Assembly (NCBI RefSeq): GCF_008831285.2
Contig: NC_045138.2
Span: forward strand, 43,276,001 to 43,340,000
Reading direction: 5' to 3'
From: Nymphaea colorata
Lineage: Eukaryota
Length of the DNA stretch: 64,000 nt
Shown here: piece by piece, positions 61,341 through 64,000 of the stretch
Position numbering within the stretch: position 1 is the first letter of the stretch
Layout of the letters: every line of letters begins with the position of its first letter
Notes under the pieces: model-generated
The model's input: the letters and a program-made list of their open reading frames with translations, nothing else
Told to the model about the DNA's origin: nothing
Databases searched by the model: none
Made by a program: the position numbers and the translations under genes

Positions 61341-64000
61341 GGGGGAGTGTTAAAGATACAAAAAAGGGGTTTTCTGAAATATTAGGAAGTTAGGGAAGGT
61401 CTCTTTAAATGTTTTGTTACTTTTAGTGGACTTCTCTTGTAATTTTCCCTAACCCTAATCTCTTAATAGAGATTAGGGTCACGTAATGCAAGACAACTTT
61501 TTGCTGCCTCTCTCTCTCTCTCGTAACAAAACCCACAATTCCTCCATCCGTAAATTGGTTGCATACCTCTCGACTCACCTTCCTAGTCGAGACTCGAACG
61601 AAAATCTCTGACTCGACGGTTCACATTATGTCACTGCCAGTTACGAGTTGCCATGTAGCAACATATATGCACGTACACATATATGTTCTTTACTTTATGG
61701 GATCCATATTGTCTAACCAGCACTTTTTCTCCAGAGTGCCTGTCTAACTTAAAATTAAGCATGATCTACCGCAATACAGTTGAGTGCAAGTACTCCCTGA
61801 CGTTATTAATCACAGTTCGCACCACTAACTTGCTAACCCCAAGAGACCATGGGGCCGCAGAATTGGGGTCACTATATATGAATCTTCCCAATTACCTTAC
61901 TATGTGCAACATCAATTAATCAGACACCCAATTCTAGACTACTAACGACCAGTTGAGGCACCACACTTGCAAGTATACTCCTTTAACAATCTGATGATGA
62001 TGCCAACAACCAAAGAACATTCCTTTCGTACACTAGTATACGTCGTGCCCTAATGAATTATAAGTTTCATCTTCCTCTCAAACTGTAAATTTAACAAGCA
62101 AGTCTACATAAGTACTCTCTCTCCCCCCACAAGCTACATCATACTCATATACAAGATAACCTGCATTAAGAGTATGCTAAAACAGTCATAAACCTCTCCA
62201 ATATTAGAAAAATCTCTACCATGCTCCCTAATGCTTCAAATATAAATCCATCATGCTGAAAAGGATAACTATCGACATTCTTAGGGCAAACATCCGTAAA
62301 AATTGCGCTCATTTGACAGGGTCCTCCTTCTTACGACGCTTTACCTGATATAGTCGTCTGCGGCAGAAACCAAACATCGATGACAACCTGCTGCTGTCAG
62401 CCCCAAACCTGCTCTGCTTGAACACAGAAACGAGCGGCCCCAAGGAGAGGGAACAATCAATTTTTCCCACCGGTCTGGTGTCAACCAAACACAAGATCGT
62501 GAGACAATAATTGGAAAAAAGAAACAATCTAGAAGAGACATCAAGGAGAAATGTGAAGGTGAGAGTGCATGTTCGGTCGACGGTGTGCAATAGAGACGGC
62601 AAGCAGGCGAGAGAGATCAAAGGGGCAAGGGAGAGGTTTCTGACGAGAGGGAGAGGGAACCAGAGAGAGTGAGGATGTGTGAATGAGAGGGCAGACGAGA
62701 GAGAGGGATCAACTGAAAGGGAGAGAACAGAGAAAGGTCAACGAAAGAGATTGGGGAGTGAGGGAGAGTGCAAGAAGTGAGACAGTCAAGGCGGAAGAGA
62801 GAAAACTGATGAGAGAGAGCAGCCGCGAACACATAAGAGAGTGGCGGGATAGAGAACGAGAGTGAGGGAAAAAACGAGAGAGAGAGGGCTCGGTTGAGGG
62901 AGACATTAGTTCATGCAAGGGAGATGTGAGGGAGAAAATGAGAGAGAGGTGACAAGAGGAGAATGAGAGAAATCGAGAGGGAAGAGGGGTAACCTCAGCA
63001 CCACTGCCTTCTACCTCCTCTTCCTCGACCTTCGCCTTCCCCATCTTCTTCCTCAGCTTTGTCGTTTCTCTGCCTCTTCTTCTTCTTCTTCTTCTGCAAC
63101 TTCTTCCTCCGCTCGACCTAAGACGACAAGGGTAAACCCTTAGTCGCTGGATTTCTCTCAACCAGCATAATAGCTTCGGGTCAAATCTGGACCTTGATCC
63201 AGATCCACCCAAAGCTCCACACGCCAAAGTATCAAGCGTTACATTTTTAAGTGTCAGACTGAGTTTTTGTTCTTTTACAGCAGTTTCTGCTATAGTTTGT
63301 TTTGTATTCTCTACTATCAGTTCGCATTTAGATATATTTGGTGTTAAATTTGTTGTAAGTAGTGCTTAGTGTAATGCTTTAGTTGTGGACTGCATTATAG
63401 CTACTAGAAGGGCAGTTTCTGGTTTTCCTTTGTTTTTAAGTTAATGTGCATCTGCTTTTACAGTAATTTCTGCAATAGATTCATAGTTTAGGCACTCTGC
63501 AGCTGATTTCTGGATTCTTTGGGTGCAGCTAGATGCCCTTCAGCTAGGTTTAATGGTTATGTTGTTGTTTAATCCCTAGATTTTTGGAGATTAGGTGTTC
63601 ATTCATGTTTTAGGTTCAACGCTGACAGGCAGACTGCACTTAGCCATTAAGAAGGGTTAGTTTGTATTAATTATTCCCTTCTTAACTTACTTGGTATCTT
63701 GTTTCATCTTATTCTAGGAAGTGGCAAAGTAGTGTACATTTATTTTGTAGATGATATTGAATTATAGTCTAAAATGGTTGCTTTACTTGTAGTTACTGTA
63801 GGGTTACTGTAGAATCACTAACCGGCAGTCATACTTAACCGCCAGCTAGTGTAAACTTAATTTCAATAGTTAGTTGTACCTTTCTAGTTTACATCATGTT
63901 TTTGCAATTGTATTTGATAGTTATCTTTCATTTGGGTTACTTTTTAGGTGAACATTAGTTGTCAACCATCAGTTATAATTAATTTAAAAGTGTAAACTGT

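Larger units (their letters stand above)
51323..61528 (+). mobile_element. Ty1/copia family A copy A4: identical LTRs, internally deleted, with nested B3
   Basis: 181-bp LTRs at 51323-51503 and 61348-61528 with no mismatch seen. TSD AAACC, PBS at 51504, PPT. Gag is partly replaced at 52421-53108, about 430 bp are deleted at 53692, and there is a TGA at 60579-60581. Confidence 0.96.
50136..63243 (-). mobile_element. Third copy of the long gypsy-type LTR (minus strand, one end lost), split by copia A4
   Basis: 50136-51322 is the reverse complement of motifs in 41747-44778 (e.g. CAGCTACGA..., GAAGTGAACCAACCTC). 61534-63243 continues it, with the GA-rich segment, and ends ...GCGTTACA (TGTAACGC on the minus strand). 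Confidence 0.75.

Noticed and set aside
1..64000. Orientation bias of elements relative to the host gene, and species identity
   Set aside because: Both orientations occur and the numbers are small; the species cannot be established without a database search.

Overview
Eukaryotic (plant) nuclear DNA. The whole window appears to lie inside one minus-strand host gene, a tRNA pseudouridine(38/39) synthase (Pus3/Deg1 type, TruA family). The ORF track largely misses it. Six small GT-AG exons (605 bp in total; 34161-34221, 33826-33956, 17472-17589, 5470-5593, 3946-4047, 3777-3845) splice in frame. The introns include ones of about 11.9 kb, 16.2 kb and probably >29 kb, and they are filled with nested transposons. 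These are nine Ty1/copia elements from about four families (one, 11194-16441, fully intact with near-identical LTRs), three ~3-kb Ty3/gypsy-type (Tekay-like) solo LTRs that received later insertions, a small solo LTR, hAT MITEs with 8-bp TSDs, a Tourist-like MITE and a LINE fragment. The most notable signals are: (1) a protease-spanning intron in three copia families that would give a short Gag ending in an acidic/Trp tail, with substitutions silent in that hidden frame; (2) covarying LTR hairpins, one with a flipped loop; (3) a copia with identical LTRs but a gutted interior carrying a hAT end. I found no evidence of a wholly new system, and no RNA genes or CRISPR arrays. All alignments and mismatch counts were done by eye.
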